Source: Mobula hypostoma (Eukaryota). Taken from it: a stretch of 64,000 bases of DNA. The translations under genes and the position numbers were made by a program. Under the pieces are notes generated by a model. That model had not been told where the DNA came from. It did not search any database and saw only the letters and a program-made list of their open reading frames with translations. Below are positions 1 through 14,105 of the stretch, piece by piece. Where the stretch lies: positions 82,090,001-82,154,000 of the forward strand of contig NC_086097.1 in NCBI RefSeq assembly GCF_963921235.1, read 5' to 3'. Each line of letters begins with the position of its first letter. Position 1 is the first letter of the stretch.

Positions 1-81
1 AACGCTGACATACCTGCATGCATTCCACATCTCCAGACAACCCTGTAATCTCAGTCTAAGGTCAAGGGCTGAATGGGTTAA
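1..81. mobile_element. Possible right end of a piggyBac-type non-autonomous element (other end outside the window)
   Basis: Ends GGGCTGAATGGG-TTAA (66-81); the reverse complement TTAA-CCCATT resembles piggyBac termini with a TTAA target. Only one end is visible. Confidence 0.25.
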
Positions 82-1044
82 AACAATAAGGATAAATGTA
101 AAATTGAGGAAATACCAGATACGTATTGGTTAGGGGCAGCAAGAGACATCACACCCTTCACATGCTTCTTTTTTTTCTTTACTTTAACTCTGTTACCATT
201 GCTGGTGAAATGCTGATATTGTTTTACTCTTCATAAAAGTTCTTGAGTAGTCCTGCATTCTGCTATTCAGTCTTCCTGCATCAGAATTTCCATAATAACC
301 CGCCAATCGCTGAAAAGTCAACTCCACTTTAAATTCTTCAACTGTTGACACTGAAGCCACATTTGAAAACTAAGCCTTCCTGGATCTCCTCCTGCCAACT
401 TCAATGGAAACAGACCATTTAAAATGCTTTTCTCCCATGCTTTCCAAATGAGTCTGCATGTTACTGTAGCTGTGGTCTGAATAGTTTCAATTAATGATCT
501 TCACTATGATCAAAAAGACAGTGTTGAGGATGCCCAGCTAACTAGCTAACAGGTCATAGAAAAACAACTTGTGCAGAGATTGTTAAATGTTACTTCAGCG
601 TCATTTATTTTACAACTGAACTTCCAGGGCAATTGAATTTCATAAATAAACTTAAATGTTGAAGATTGCAATTTAGACTTACAAGCTAGGTGGTGCTATA
701 CCTCTATGCAATACCAATAATTCAAACTTGCTGTATACATTTTGTAACTTGCATATCATTGGTACAGTTTATAAAACTGATTTTATGACTGGATAAATCA
801 TCTTTAATTCCATAACTAAATTATTTGGAAGTAAAAACAATCTTCCAAAAATAATTTAGGCATTTCAAGTAACATTAATGCACAACTGAGATCAATGATT
901 CAACATTGTTAGAAGTAGTGCTTAGAAAATTAAACATTTTTTATGATTTCAGAAATAATTATACTGCAGCCTCCATGAGTTAGATGAAAAAAATTTCTGA
1001 GGAACTATGTTCTTTTTTTCAAAGACTACTTTGCAATATCTAAA

Positions 1045-1340
1045 CTGGCAAACATCTGTGGAAAAAGAAGCAGTTAATGTTTCAGCTCTGAGACCCTTTG
1101 TCTAAAATGGGGGAAAGAAAGGGGAAAACTAATGTGAGGGAGGGGTTGGTATAATAAATGTTCTGATTTGGGACTACCACCCTAAACCCTCCTCTCCTTC
1201 CACCCCACCAACACCCATTTCAAGTCTGTGACCCTTCATTTATTTCTCTTTCTACAGGGGTTGTTGACTGTTCCCAGTTTATTCCCCCAGTTTTATTTCA
1301 GATTTCCAGTATTTATAGATTTTATTGATTTTCATTTACT
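1045..1340. mobile_element. Old degenerate Penelope-like 3' end fragments with decayed hammerhead motifs
   Basis: GCAGTTAATGTTTCAGCTCTGAGACCCTTTG and TTTCAAGTCTGTGACCCTTCAT resemble the reverse complement of the PLE hammerhead seen elsewhere in the window; TTTCAGATTTCCAG tail near 1300. Confidence 0.4.
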
Positions 1341-2574
1341 GGACTGAACTAACTTATCAAAGCTGCCAATATGTTCATTGTCTCATGTTCATTTAATTAT
1401 ATGATTTTAACGATTCAATCAGTTTCCTAACCTATCCAACCTTTCCCTATTATTCAGGTCCTCAAGTACCAGCAACATCCTTAAAAAATTTCTCTGTACT
1501 CTTTCTATCTTTCCTGTAGGTAGGTGACCAGTAGTACACGAGATCTTACTTATGATTTTAATTATAATGAAAGGATGTAGCCTACAATCCCAATGCCACA
1601 TGATAACTTCAGATTTCATGTTGGAAGTGCCTGCAGCTACTCAGATTCATTCTCTGTTTTCTTTCCAGCCAGACTAAGCTCAAAACAGTAAGGGGGTGGT
1701 AACGGGAAACAAGAGTCACATGAGGGTGTGAGTTGCAGACTAATGTTCAACTATAAAGACCAGGAAGATATTCAGAGAAATGCTAATTCGGTAAAGAGCT
1801 ATATGGTTGCTGGCAGCGGTATATGGTAGCACACTGGGGAAGTGGCACCATGCAGGTGCATAGTGAGGTGTTGGAATCTGCTAAGAGTCGACATCAGAGG
1901 AGAGACAAACAGTTCTTAAAAAAAAGCCAAAGACCACGTGGCCCTTGAGGTGTGCTCCGCCATTCAGTAAGATGATGGCTGGTGCAAATCAGTTCTGTTA
2001 TGCTTAATATGAGACCTATATGACACATTGCCTACCAGGTGCAAGGATAAGGAAGACTTGAGAAGATAAAGAAAATTCTGGAAAGGGGAAGTGTCAAATA
2101 ATGGCGAGTGTCAAAACAAAATGTTAGGAAACACTTGGATAAGATTACTTAGGCAGAATTTAAGATGCTGTGAAGTTAAAAAGATGACCATGCAAATGTT
2201 ATATATTCCATACGCTATGAAGGAGCCATGTATCCTACCTTCTGTCTGTCTGTGTTGTATTTTGTGTGGCGTGTTTATCATGGGTAGTCACCTGGGTTGG
2301 GTATGGTAGAAGTGAAGAGTTTAGTTATGTATTCATGCTTTTTCTTTATTTCAGTCTAGTTTCCGTAGAGCCAGCAAGTGGGCCAGGGGTGATTTTTTTT
2401 TTTGCTGACTGCTTAAATACTCGTAAATATGATTAAGAACGCTTTGCTAACATTTAAATATGCTAAGACTGTTTATTTTGTTACTTTGCTTCATTTTCAT
2501 CAATTTCTTTTTTTTAATCATTTCAAGATTGTTTTGCTGGTTTCTTAATAAAGGATCAAATGTACTTCAACTTT

Positions 2575-3808
2575 ACAACTTTTTTTTCTTTCTTTTTCAA
2601 TCTTTTTATTAATTTCAAAATATAGAAACAAGACATAGCAATAATACAAATAGTAGGAGATATATTGTTACACTTAAGAAAAGTAATTGTAAAATCAAAT
2701 AGTGTAAATTAACAAAGCTCCCAATCATGTAGAACTAACAACGGATAATACAAAGCAAAAAAAAACTGGAAAAAAAAATCATGAAAGAGAAAAAAAAAAC
2801 CAAACCAAAAAAACAAACCCCATCCCCAAAGGAAAACAAAATTAATCAACTAAACTAAAAGACTTGGGCAAAACTAACAACTTAAAAATGGAAAAGAAGA
2901 AAACCTTAGTATCGACGACTCCATTCCCCTCCAACAACAGTAGAGAGAGATAAAACAAGTTTGGAAATTATCAAATTACATCAAATGAAAATGCTGAATG
3001 AATGGCCTCCAAGTTTTTTCAAATTTAATGGAAGGGTCATAAACTGCACTTCTAATTTTCTCCAAATTCAAACACACCATAGTTTGTGAAAACCAATGAA
3101 ATACATTAGGAGGGTTAATCTCTTTCCAATTCAACAAAATGGACCTTCTAGCCATTAAAGTAAGAAATGCAATCATCCTTCGTGATGAAGAGGTTAAATT
3201 ATTTAAGTCTATCATAATTGTTTTATGTCTTTTGATCAACTCTCTAATAAATATAACTTACCCAGATCTCACTTTTTTAGGTATCTACAGATTAGAAACT
3301 TTCTAATTACTGTCTCCCCTAATTTTCCACACCCATATCCAATGGACACTTTGGAAAAAATCTTAGATTTAAATCTCTCTCAGAAAAGTGTAGTAGCAAT
3401 TATATATAATATAATTATGAATTTATGTCCTGATGCTTCTAATAAAATTAAAGCTAACTGGGAAAGAGAACTTGAGATTAATATACCGACTGAAAAATGG
3501 GAAAAAATTCTTCAGTTGGTGAATTCATCCTCTGTATGTGCTAAACATGTGATGATACAGTTTAAAGTAGTGCACAGGGCTCATATGTCCAAAGATAAAC
3601 TATCTCGTTATTACTCTTATATTAATCCAATATGTGACAGATGCCATTCCGAGATAGCTTCTTTAACCCACATGTTTTGGTCATGTCCCTTGTTGGAGAA
3701 ATACTGGAAAGATATTTTTGATATTATTTCAACGGTCCTAAATATAGACTTACAATCTCATCCAATTACTGCTATCTTTGGACTACCAATGATAGACAAC
3801 TTTTTTTT
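2575..3808 (-). mobile_element. 5'-truncated, 5'-inverted L1-clade LINE (ORF2 C-terminus, 3' UTR, poly-A)
   Basis: Plus segment 3216-3797 encodes the ORF2 C-terminal zinc-knuckle region (CDRCHSEIASLTHMFWSC) and ends ...GLPMID. Minus segment from 3215 continues MIDLNN...KTWRPFIQHFHLM*, then the UTR and a poly-A (T tract at 2580). TSD ACAACTTTTTTTT at 2575-2587 and 3796-3808. Confidence 0.9.
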
Positions 3809-4379
3809 ATGGTGGATAGCGCGTCATACAGTGTCAACCCCTTATTTCGTTTCTGAGCTGTTTTAGTTGGTTTTTAAAATAACCACTACAGACCATACTT
3901 AATTGAAAACTCTAGTGATTGCTACAGTACGGAAATATCAAAAAGTCAAGACACTGGGCAAAATGCAGTGGGGAGAGATTAAGCTTCCTAAACATAAAAA
4001 CTAGTCAAGCAGGAAGCTCTCAGAAGATGCATCGTTTGCATCTGAACAGATTTGGGATCAATATCCTGAAGAAGTTAACCAAGAGCTGTGGGAAGTGCTT
4101 AAAATAATTAGACATATTAGCCATCTGATGCAGAATTAAAAATTAGGTACGAGATAGAATTAAACTGAAATTAGAGCGGCTATTTAGATCTAAAGCATCT
4201 ATCCCACTTTATTTGTTAACTCAGTAGCGGCAAAGCTGAGACAAGAAAGATCTTTGTATGCTCAATAGTAAGGTTGAAAAATGCTCTGAATTTTTCAGCT
4301 TCATTTTCTTTTCTATTCACCTTGAATTCCATGTTTTGAAATAGCTCTTTAGATCTGTCTGCCTCTGAAGTAATAAATT

Positions 4380-4625
4380 TGGGGCAGCATGGTAGCGTAG
4401 GGGTTAGCATAAAGCTTTACTGTGCAAGTGAACGAGGTCCAATTCCCGCTACTGCTCTCTGTGGACAGTTGTACCTTTTCCCTGTGATTGCATGGGTTTC
4501 ACCTGGGACCTCCCACATTCCAAAAGCAGATGATTTACTTGGTCACATGGGTGTAATTGGGCGGCGTGGGCCTGTTAGGCTGGAAGAGCCTATTACTGTG
4601 CTGTATCTCTAAATAACAATAAAAC
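4380..4625 (+). mobile_element. tRNA-derived SINE, V-SINE/HE1-like
   Basis: A-box-like GGTAGCGTAGGGG, B-box-like GGTCCAATTCC, V-domain-like TGCATGGGTTTC...CTCCCACATTCCAAA, and an A-rich tail. Confidence 0.7.
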
Positions 4626-6129
4626 AATAAATTCAACTCTTCCAATCTCACAGCTCGCCTCTAGCACTTAAAGAAATGATCAATTTCTTTAAAAAAACAT
4701 AATTCATTACATCAGATTTTATTTACCACAAGCATTTTTTGTCAAAACTCTTTTGTGGGAAGCATTGTTTATGCTTATAGTCAGCACGAGCTGTCCTCAA
4801 GGTGGTAGTTATGAGTCCAATCCTTTATTTTCTGCAGTTAGTGTACTGGAAAGGCAGCAGTCCACCCAATGAGCAGTAATATAAAGAGCCTCAATACATA
4901 CAGCACTCTTGGGAGTCCCATTCTAAACACTGATAAGCCTGTACATTCAAAAGATACCTACTTAGGCTGTGTATTACCATGCCAGGTGTAAGTTGTGAAT
5001 TTCTCCACTTCCTGTCACCATGTGTCAACTGCGCAGTTCTGTGAATCAAATCCTTGCCCTTCCTGTTGCGGCACCCCAACTCAGTGTGGAGAGGCTGCCA
5101 AAGGTGGCTGGTGTTGGGCCAGCTGGGTACCTGGTATGGCTGGTCTACACTGAAATGTGGGGTTCAGGGTTGTACCTCAGCTGATGTGGTGAGGGGGTGG
5201 CTTCGTAGGTGGAGAGCAACGTGGGTTCTCTGTATTGACAGATTGCCCAGATCTCGGTCTCCCATAGCATCACCTGTTCCGTCTGATGGAAGCTGCAGTC
5301 ACCCTTCCCTTCATTTGGCTGCATAGCTCTCCCCTGTCCAGAATTGCTTCTCCAGAGAAAGCAGCTCACGGGACTCCATTCAAGATTGTGGTTATTGTTG
5401 AACTGACAAATTCTGGCTGAGTAGAAAATAATTCTGAAGATGGAAAGATGGGGAGTCAAAACATGAATCTTTTGCTGCAAAGTGAATTGCATTTTGAATT
5501 GAAGATTCCAAAAATCCCCCTCCAAAACATATTTGGGCATTGGTTCACATGCCTGCAAAAATGTAGTTTTGGTTTAAAGAAAATCTAAAAGTAAGAAATG
5601 TTTGGGCAGGGAAGAGCTATTCTGGAAAAGGAAAGTGAAACTGCAACCTCCATCACATACAACACGTAGTGACTGTATGATCAGGGTGGCCTGTCAGCTG
5701 TGGAGAACACATTCCCCAGCAAAGGTCCACCCATCACCCATACCTTGTCATCATGAACCTTAGTGAAATCTAGATCTAACAGACAAGGATCTAATTGACA
5801 GAGTTCACATATGTTGAGATTGGGACAGGTTTTTGATTTAGTGTTGGGAAAACCTAAACATTCCATGAACTTGGAAAAAAACAAAAGTCTTCATCAATAT
5901 TAAAAAGAATTGAGTTTTACAAATGCACAAGATCAGAAAAGAACTGCAATGACTACAGTTTGTCCTGTGCAGGCATGTAAAGTTGCTACTGGCAAGTTGA
6001 AAACTCCACTGAGAACAACAGAGAAGATAACCAGTGACTGAAATAAAAATGCCACAATGGGTTACAAGGATCCATTGCCAAACACTACAACTTTCATGGA
6101 GAGCTCCCAGAACTCCCGCTGCAACTGGA

Positions 6130-6700
6130 TAACTGACGTCCTCAGTGAGAATTGGTAACAACTCCTCTTTGCTGGTCATCAACCTCACATCAAGGCTGTC
6201 TGCTTAGCCTCCTGCTCTTCTATCTATATACACGTTACTATGTGGCTAAACACAGAGTCAATGTCATACATAAATTTGCTGAAAGCACCACTGTGGATGA
6301 ATCACACGTGATGAAAAGTCAGTGTACAGGAGTGAGACAGGTTACCTGGTCGAGCGGTGCTGCAACAACAACCTCTCGCTCAATGACAATAAAAGCAAAG
6401 AGTTGCTGTGACTTCAGGAAGGGGAAAGAAGGCAAACATGTGCCAGTTTTTATTGGGGTATCACTGGTAGTACATACAGCAGGAGCTGCCTCACGAAGCA
6501 ACATCCATCAAAGCTCTCCATCATCCAGGCCATGCCATCTTTTCGCAGCTACCATTGGGTAGAAGGTACAGAAGCCTGAAGCCCCACACCAATGTGTGTC
6601 TAGCAACATCCACGTCCCTTCAACCATTCAGAGTTGTTGAAACAACCAGTGCAAGCCACATCACTTCAATTTAACAACACTCTGACCACTTTGAACTAAA
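6130..6700 (+). mobile_element. Degraded Rex1/Babar-like LINE RT fragment
   Basis: Translation QGCLLSLLLFYLYT...IHKFAESTTV matches RT motifs PQG..LSPLLF.LYT and KFADDTT. Confidence 0.65.
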
Positions 6701-6754
6701 ATGGACCTTGTTTTGGGAACTGTAATTAATTTGCATAACATAGATTTAACTCAC

Positions 6755-6884
6755 CAACAGTGCTCTGAGATCCAACATCCACTCCTTTTTAAGGATAACC
6801 ATGGCAGCCATACCACAGAATGTGTACCCACCATGGGCTTCCATTCCAGGGACACCGCCTATCCCACCTTCCCAGTTCTGACAC
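6755..6884 (-). CDS. FNTB: FNTB coding exon (equivalent to human exon 8), 130 nt
   Basis: tttttgtag|G...TTG|gtgagt; translates (R)CQNWEGGIGGVPGMEAHGGYTFCGMAAMVILKKEWMLDLRALL, including the conserved EAHGGYTFC motif. Confidence 0.98.
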
Positions 6885-7751
6885 CTACAAAAAGCAATTG
6901 TCACCAAACTGTTTAAAAAAGGTTAGAAATAAATTAGAATAGTTCCCATATACTATTACTGAGATACAATAATGGGATATATTGCAATGCAATGCCAAGT
7001 GTTCTAGTTGGTGTATCAGTCTTATTAACCAATGACATTTTCCAACCTTTTGATGTGAAATGCCAATTTCAAGCACAAAAATAGAAAATTGGTTCAAATC
7101 AGCAAAGTATACATTTCTTCACACTTACTAAATTTTTGCTCACTTTTCTTACTTCAGTTGTAATTTAATTATACAAGGATAAACTGATTTCAAGGCGAGA
7201 TCTTAAAATGTGTACTTTTCATAAGCCTATAATCACCATTGTTTAAAGACTTTTCAAGAAATTCTTATCTTTCCAATAGTGACTCCCTCATTATCTAAGC
7301 AATCATGGAGATATCAGCTGACTAATTCTCCTCCTTCAAAGGCTTCAGAGGGAACATAGACATGAAAAGGGGCCATGTACTTATTACAGGGATTTCTTTA
7401 ATCAACTTATACATTCAAACCTACTCAATGACAAAGACGACCTAAATTCCATTTGCATTCTCAGCTACTGAGAAAATTTCTACACTTTGAGAGCTTTGTT
7501 GGAAAATAAATAAAAGTACAGGAAAGAGGCTGGTAGGTTCCACTAGTCATTGGAAGTATTTCTGCGAACATCCATCTTCCCAGACAACTGACAAATTGGT
7601 AAACAGTGCAAATAAATAAATGTTCTAAGTATCTTTCATCTCTCCTAAAATAGTCTTCACATTATTCTTGATTATTTATAAGCAGCCTAATATTGGATAC
7701 TGTAGAGAAATCTAGTTAGCTGCATATCTTTATCTCCCGAAACATACGTAC

Positions 7752-7838
7752 CTTATCACCCACTCAGGTGTTCCCTCAAACAATGTAGGTGTGATTATGT
7801 TTGTTAAGGATGCAACAGATGCCGCACAGTAGGCACTC
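7752..7838 (-). CDS. FNTB: FNTB coding exon (equivalent to human exon 7), 87 nt
   Basis: ttttttcag|G...AG|gtacgt; translates (R)SAYCAASVASLTNIITPTLFEGTPEWVI(R). Confidence 0.98.
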
Positions 7839-8967
7839 CTGAAAAAACAGCAATTTTGCTTTGAGTATTATTAAATCATTAATGCTCAAAATCAGTTGTG
7901 AAATAACAGATACAACGAATTTGCACTTTTGTTTTCATGGCATTGCTATTAATCATTTTATTCTTTAAATTCTGAATTCCCTTTCCTTAGAAGCTGTAGT
8001 TTTAAATGAAATCTGCAAAAATTAGTATGCTTCCTTTACAATGATAGAATTTAGTCCATAGACCTTTCACTGCAATAAGGACTCACAACATTATTTTAAA
8101 TATAATCTTACTTCCTCTAAAAATTATTTAGAACATTTTTAATAATTACTGTGGAGTTGTGATAATGGCAAAATTTTGGATGTTTTGCATTAATGTAATG
8201 GATTTTTAAAAAACCTTCTGTCCTCAGCAACAGTATTAGTAATTCCCAAACATGAAATAAATGAAAAACAGATTCTACAGATGCTGAAAATCTTGAGTAA
8301 AACACACAAAATACTGGAGGAATTCAACAGGTCAGGTAGTAACTTCCCTTTAATCCCTTTTACTGAAGCATGCCGAACACCAAATTCTAAGATCAAGGCC
8401 AATAGATAAATGACAATTTAAGAATGATCCTAACTAAAAAAAAATGAGCAGCTTTATGAGGTGATCTGATTGCTTAAACTGGGTTCTGACTAAGCCATAC
8501 ATTATATAAAACAGGTACAAGACTTTGTATTTTCACCTCGTTCTCTGGCACTCTTGGAACATGCCTGATTTGGAACATTTGACTAAGAATATTTTACAGA
8601 ATTATGTAAGAGAATACAGCACAAAAATAGATATTCAATGCAACATTTTCTTTGCCAGTAAACTCTGTACACATCCACCACTATCTCTTCCTTGTATGTA
8701 TGAATCCACTTACTTACAGTAAGCATTAAAATCATTTCCCTCAATAATGTCTCGCAGCAAGTTCCATTTTGTACCTATACTTTGGGGGAAAAACAGATTA
8801 ATTTCCCTCCTGGAATTTTTTTGTAGGGAAGTTTGTACTATAATGCTTAACTTAGATTATTTCTCCGTCTACCTTGTAGATCTTAACCATAATTTCAAAT
8901 AGCCTCTACCAGCTATTCTCTAAATCTGATTATCCAGGAAAAAAATAACATTTCCCCAATAAAATTT

Positions 8968-11915
8968 GGGGAGAGTTTAAACTAGATTTGCAGGGGGATG
9001 GGAACCAGAGTACCAGAGCAGATAGTGGAGCGGGGGTGAAAATGACTGTTAAAACTTGGTGCAAAGTCACAAATAGAAAGGTTGTGTGTGGTGGTAATAA
9101 TCTTCTGAGTTGTGTCTATCTCAATGCAAGGAGTATTGTGGGGAAGGCTGACGAGCTGAGGGCGTGGATTGACACCTGGAGTTATGACGTTATAGCCATT
9201 AGTGAAACTTGGCTGCAGGAGGGGCAGGACTGGCAGCTTAATGTTCCAGGGTTCCAATGTTTCAGACGTGATAGAGGCACAGGAATGAAGGGTGGTCGGG
9301 GGATGGCATTGCTAGTCAAGGAAAATGTTACAGGAGTGCTCAGGCAGGACAGATTAGAGGGCTTGACTACCGAAGCCATATGGGTGGAGCTGACAAACAG
9401 GGAAGGAATGACCACATTAATGGGGTTGTATTACAGACCACTCAATAGTCAGCGAGAATTGGAGGAGCAAATCTGCAGTGAGATAGCAGACAACTGCAGG
9501 AAACATAAAGTTGTGATAGTAGGGGATTTTAATTTTCCACATATTGATTGGGATTCCCATACTGTTAAAGGTCTAGACGGGTTAAAGTTTGTAAAATGTG
9601 TTCAGGGAAGTTTTCTAAATCTATAGAGGTACCAACTAGACAGGATGCAATATTAGATCTCCTATTAGGAAACGAGATAGGACAGCTGATGGAAGTGTGT
9701 ATAGGGGAACACTTTGGTTCCAGTGATCATAACACCATTAGTTTCAACTTGATCATGAATAAAGACAGATCTGGTCCTCAGGTTGAGGTTCTAAACTGGA
9801 AAAAGGCCAAATTTGAAGAAATGAGAAAGGACCTAAAAAGCGTGGATTGGGACAGGTTGTTCTCTGGCAAGGATGTGATTGGTAAGTGGGAGGCCTTCAA
9901 AGGAGAAATTTTGAGAGTGCAGAGTTTGTATGTTCCTGTCAGGATTAAAGGCACAGTGAATAAGAATAAGGGACCTTGGTTCTCAAGGGATATTGGAACT
10001 CTGATAAAGAAGAAGAGAGAGATGTATGACATGTATAGGAAACAGGGAGCAAATAAGGTGCTTGAGGAGTATAAAAAGTGCAAAAAAAAACACTTAAAAA
10101 AGAAAACGAGAGGGCTAAAAGACATAAGGTTGCTCTGGCAGTCAAGGTGAAGGATAATCCAAAGAGCTTCTACAGGTATATTAAGAGCAAAAGGATAGCA
10201 AGGGATAAAATTGGTCCTCTTGAAGTGGTCAGCTATGTATGGAACCAAAAGAAATGGGGGAGATCTTAAATGTTTTTTTTGCGTCTGTATTTACTAAGGA
10301 AACTGGCGTGGAGTTAATGGAAATAAGGCAAACAAATAGTGAGGTCATGAAACCTATACAGATTGAGGAGGAGGAGGAGGAGGTGCTTGCTATCTTGAGG
10401 CAAATCAGAGTAGATAAATCCCCAGGACCTGACAGAGTATTCCCTCGGACCTCGAAGGAAACTAGTGTTGAAATTGCAGGGGCCCTGGCAGATATATTTA
10501 AAATGTCGGTATCTACGGGTGAGGATTGGAGGACAGCTCATGTTGTTCCGTTATTTAAAAAAGGCTCTAAAAGTAATCCGGGAAATTATAGGCTGGTAAA
10601 TTTGACGTCGGTAGTAGGTAAATTATTGGAAGGAGTACTAAGAAATAGGATCTACAAGTATTTGGATAGGAGGGAGAGTCAACATGGCTTTGTGTGTGGT
10701 AGGTCATGTTTAACCAATCTATTAGAGTTTTTCAAGGAGGTTACCAGGAAAGTGGATGAAAGGAAGGCAGTGGATGTTGTCTACATGGACTTCAGGAAAG
10801 CCTTTGACAAGGTCCTGCATGGGAGGTTGTCAGTCGCCAGGTATACATGGAGAGGTAGTAAATTGGATTAGACATTGGCTCATTGGAAGAAGCCAGAGAG
10901 TGGTAGTGGAGGATTGCTTCTCTGAGTGGAGGCCTGTGACTAGTGGTGTGCCACAGGGATCAGTGCTGGGTCCATTGTTACTTGTCATCTATATCAATGA
11001 TCTGGATGATAATGTGGTAAACTCGATCAGCAAATTTGCTGATGATACAAAGATTGGAGGTGTAGTGGACAGTGAGGAAGGTTTTCAAAGCTTCCAGGGG
11101 GATTGGGACCAGCTGGAAAAAAGGGCTGAAAAATGGCAGATGGAGTTTAATACAGACAAGTGTGAGGTATTGCACTTTGGAAGGACAAGCCAAGGTAGAA
11201 CATACAAGGTAGGGCACTGAGGCGTGCAGTAGAACAGAAGGATCTGGAAATACAGATACAAAATTCCCTAAAAGTGGCGTCACAGGTAGATAGGGTCGTA
11301 AAGAGAGCTTTTGGTACATTGGCCTTATAAGAGTTGGAATGTTATGGTGAGGTTGTGTAAGGCACGGCTGAGGCCAAATTTGGAGTATTGTGTACAGTTT
11401 TGGCCACCAAATTACAGGAAGGATATTAATAAGGTTGAAAGAGTGCAGGGAAGGTTTACAAGGATGTTGCTGGGACTTGAGAAACTGAGTTACAGATAAA
11501 GGTTGAATAGGTTAGGACTTTATTCCCTGCAGCGTAGAAGAATGAGGGGAGATTTGATAGAGGTATATAAAATTATGATGGGTATAGTTAGAGTGAATGC
11601 AAGCGGGCTTTTTCCACTGAGGAGAAAAAAAAAAGGACATGGGTTGAGGGTAAAGGGGGAAAAGTTTAAAGGGAACATGGGGGGGGGGCTTCTTCACACA
11701 CAGAGTGGTGGGAGTGTGGAATGAGCTGCCAGATGTAGTGGTAAATGCAGGTTCACTTCTAACATTTAAGAAAAACTTGGACAGGTACATGGATGAGAGG
11801 TGTATGGAGGGATATGGTCCAGGTGTAGGTCAGTGGGACTAGGCAGAAAAATAGTTCAGCACAGCCAAGAAGGGCCAAAAGGCCTGTTTCTGTGCTGTAA
11901 TGTTCTATGGTTTCT
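8968..11915 (+). mobile_element. CR1 LINE with near-complete, frameshifted ORF2 (APE endonuclease and RT) and 3' end
   Basis: [46 protein letters not shown] and KFADDTK motifs across several ORFs; GTTCTATGGTTTCTA tail. Confidence 0.95.
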
Positions 11916-14105
11916 AAAAATAATCTTTAATTTTGCCACCATTCTCAAATATTTTTGTTTAAAATACTTCTTGCAATGCTGTTATAGTATAGACCGCAAG
12001 ACTACATCTGCTAACATCTGAATTTGTGGAGTTCTACCTGCAAAAATGTTTTCTTCCTGCCTTATTTATTCATCCACAATCCAGGAGTGTCTTAATTTCC
12101 AACGGGATGGATATGTTTCCATTATCCCTTCTGAAGTGAATCACCTTACCTTTACTCATTTGCCAGTTAACTACCCAGTCTACAGTTCACTAATTTTCTT
12201 GTGGTGTTGCATTCTCTTTCATTGCTAGCTATGATCAAACTACACTCTTATACCAACTCCCATACCACGGTACACATAATCAGATAATGCTGCTATGAGG
12301 TTACTTATCCCTGCTTAAATATTAATTATGGATAACAGTGGTTTCACCACTGGTAATGTGATATTGGTGATCATTATGACCATAGGGACTAACATCCTAC
12401 TTACAGGACTGCTACTTCACAATGTGAAAAGATATCTAGTGCAGCCTGCTAATGAATTATGAAGCACAAAGTAGGTCAAGATAAAAGTGAAGAAAAACAT
12501 TAAATGAGACAGCAATGTATAACTTGCTCCTCAAACAAATCAGCTTCACATCTCTAAGATGCTTTGAGGAAAAGCACAAACTCCACAGTGACATCCAAAA
12601 AAAAGGGTTCAAAGAAATACACACTCCAAAATCATAAATTGAAGTAAGCTACTGAAGAAATGGACAACAATGTACATCTTTAGTCTATAAGAATTTAATG
12701 CAGATTTCTATCACTGATTCTCTGCACTGTCATTTTGTCTCCACTGTAGAAAAGTGAGTGGAAGCCAAAATATAACACATAAATGCTTCAAAGTTGTAAG
12801 AAAGAAAAAGGACAACTGTTACTCTGTCTGCAAGAAGGGATAAATAAGGTCAAGTCAGGTTCAGACTACATATGGAAATAAGAAACATCAGTGAGGATCC
12901 TATAAATTCACCCAAATGACAATTTCATGCATGTAAAGTTTGATCAAGTTTCTATTAGATTCAGAAAATACAGGTACTTCTCCAATGTTCGTGGACTGAA
13001 ATCCTAGATTCCATCACCAGTCCCAAATATATCCTGTTGTACTGCAAGGACTAACCACTGGAAAGAATGACAGAATGGTATACAATTGGAAAACAGTGCT
13101 ATAGGAAAATTCGACACTGATACCAGACACTGTGAAGTATCAGGACACCAGGTCAAACACACCAAAGAAATGTGCTGCTGATCACAACTTTCCTCAGCAG
13201 AATGGTTCAAGAGTTCCATTAGTGACTGAACAGTAGGATCCGAAAGAAAAGCAGCTATACTGGTTCTGTTACCAGCTGTCCTATATCCAATGTGAAGAAA
13301 GAGCCACAATGACACTATTCACAGCAAACTGTCCACCATTAATGTATCTGTCCATAATATAATATGCAGTAATGTGCACTGCTACAATGTGTTGGAAAAC
13401 TAAATCCTGCTCTCAAACAGATGAAACTGCACATCACTTTTGTATTTTGCGCCAAGAAGAAGAAATTCACATTTGATCTACTAATGAAATAAAGAAAACA
13501 AGAGGCAAGCTGGTCATTAAATACAGCACAGGTGCATTATATCACATTCTGTAGCAATCTCCCTCTCATTACCAAAGTACAGAAGAGCATTTGTTGTGCT
13601 AAAATCTTATGCTCTAGAACTACCTGTGCCAATAGTTACGCTGCTTAAATACTGCTAGTGACACTAAGCTGCAAGTTGCCATGGCATTCCCTGGTCCAAA
13701 TGTTATTATACCCTTGGTTCAAATATATGAAAAAAATTGCCTAGGTTGAGGTTAGTTTGGTACAAATGAGATCTGAGGGAGCTTTCATGAAAGTGAACTA
13801 TGCAAGACTTAGTAAGGGTGTAGCAGAGGTTGAAAAGTATCAAATTAATAGGTACAAGGATGAAAAAGAAGTTGAGGTTCATATTTTTTCACTCCACAAA
13901 GTGTTGGGAACTTGCACTGTCTGAAATTGGGGTGAGGGGTGTGAGAGGTGGCAGCAGAAAGCCTCAACATTCAATTGCATAATGGAGATTTGACAGATAT
14001 AACTGCTAAAGCAACAGGGCCAAAATATGGAATAGACTGACAGATTATTTTATATGTAGCATAGACATGACAGGCTGAAGTGTCTTCTTTGTTGTAAATT
14101 TCCAA

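Noticed and set aside
5480..5560. Minus-strand QICFGGGFL after an AG, resembling FNTB exon 9 (QMRFEGGFQ)
   Set aside because: In-frame TGA just upstream and no GRCNKLVDGCYSFWQ downstream; exon 9 must lie beyond the left edge.
12850..13300. Possible ancient integrase remnant (FPQQNG motif, plus strand)
   Set aside because: A single short motif in broken frames with no convincing DDE or HHCC context; needs a profile search.
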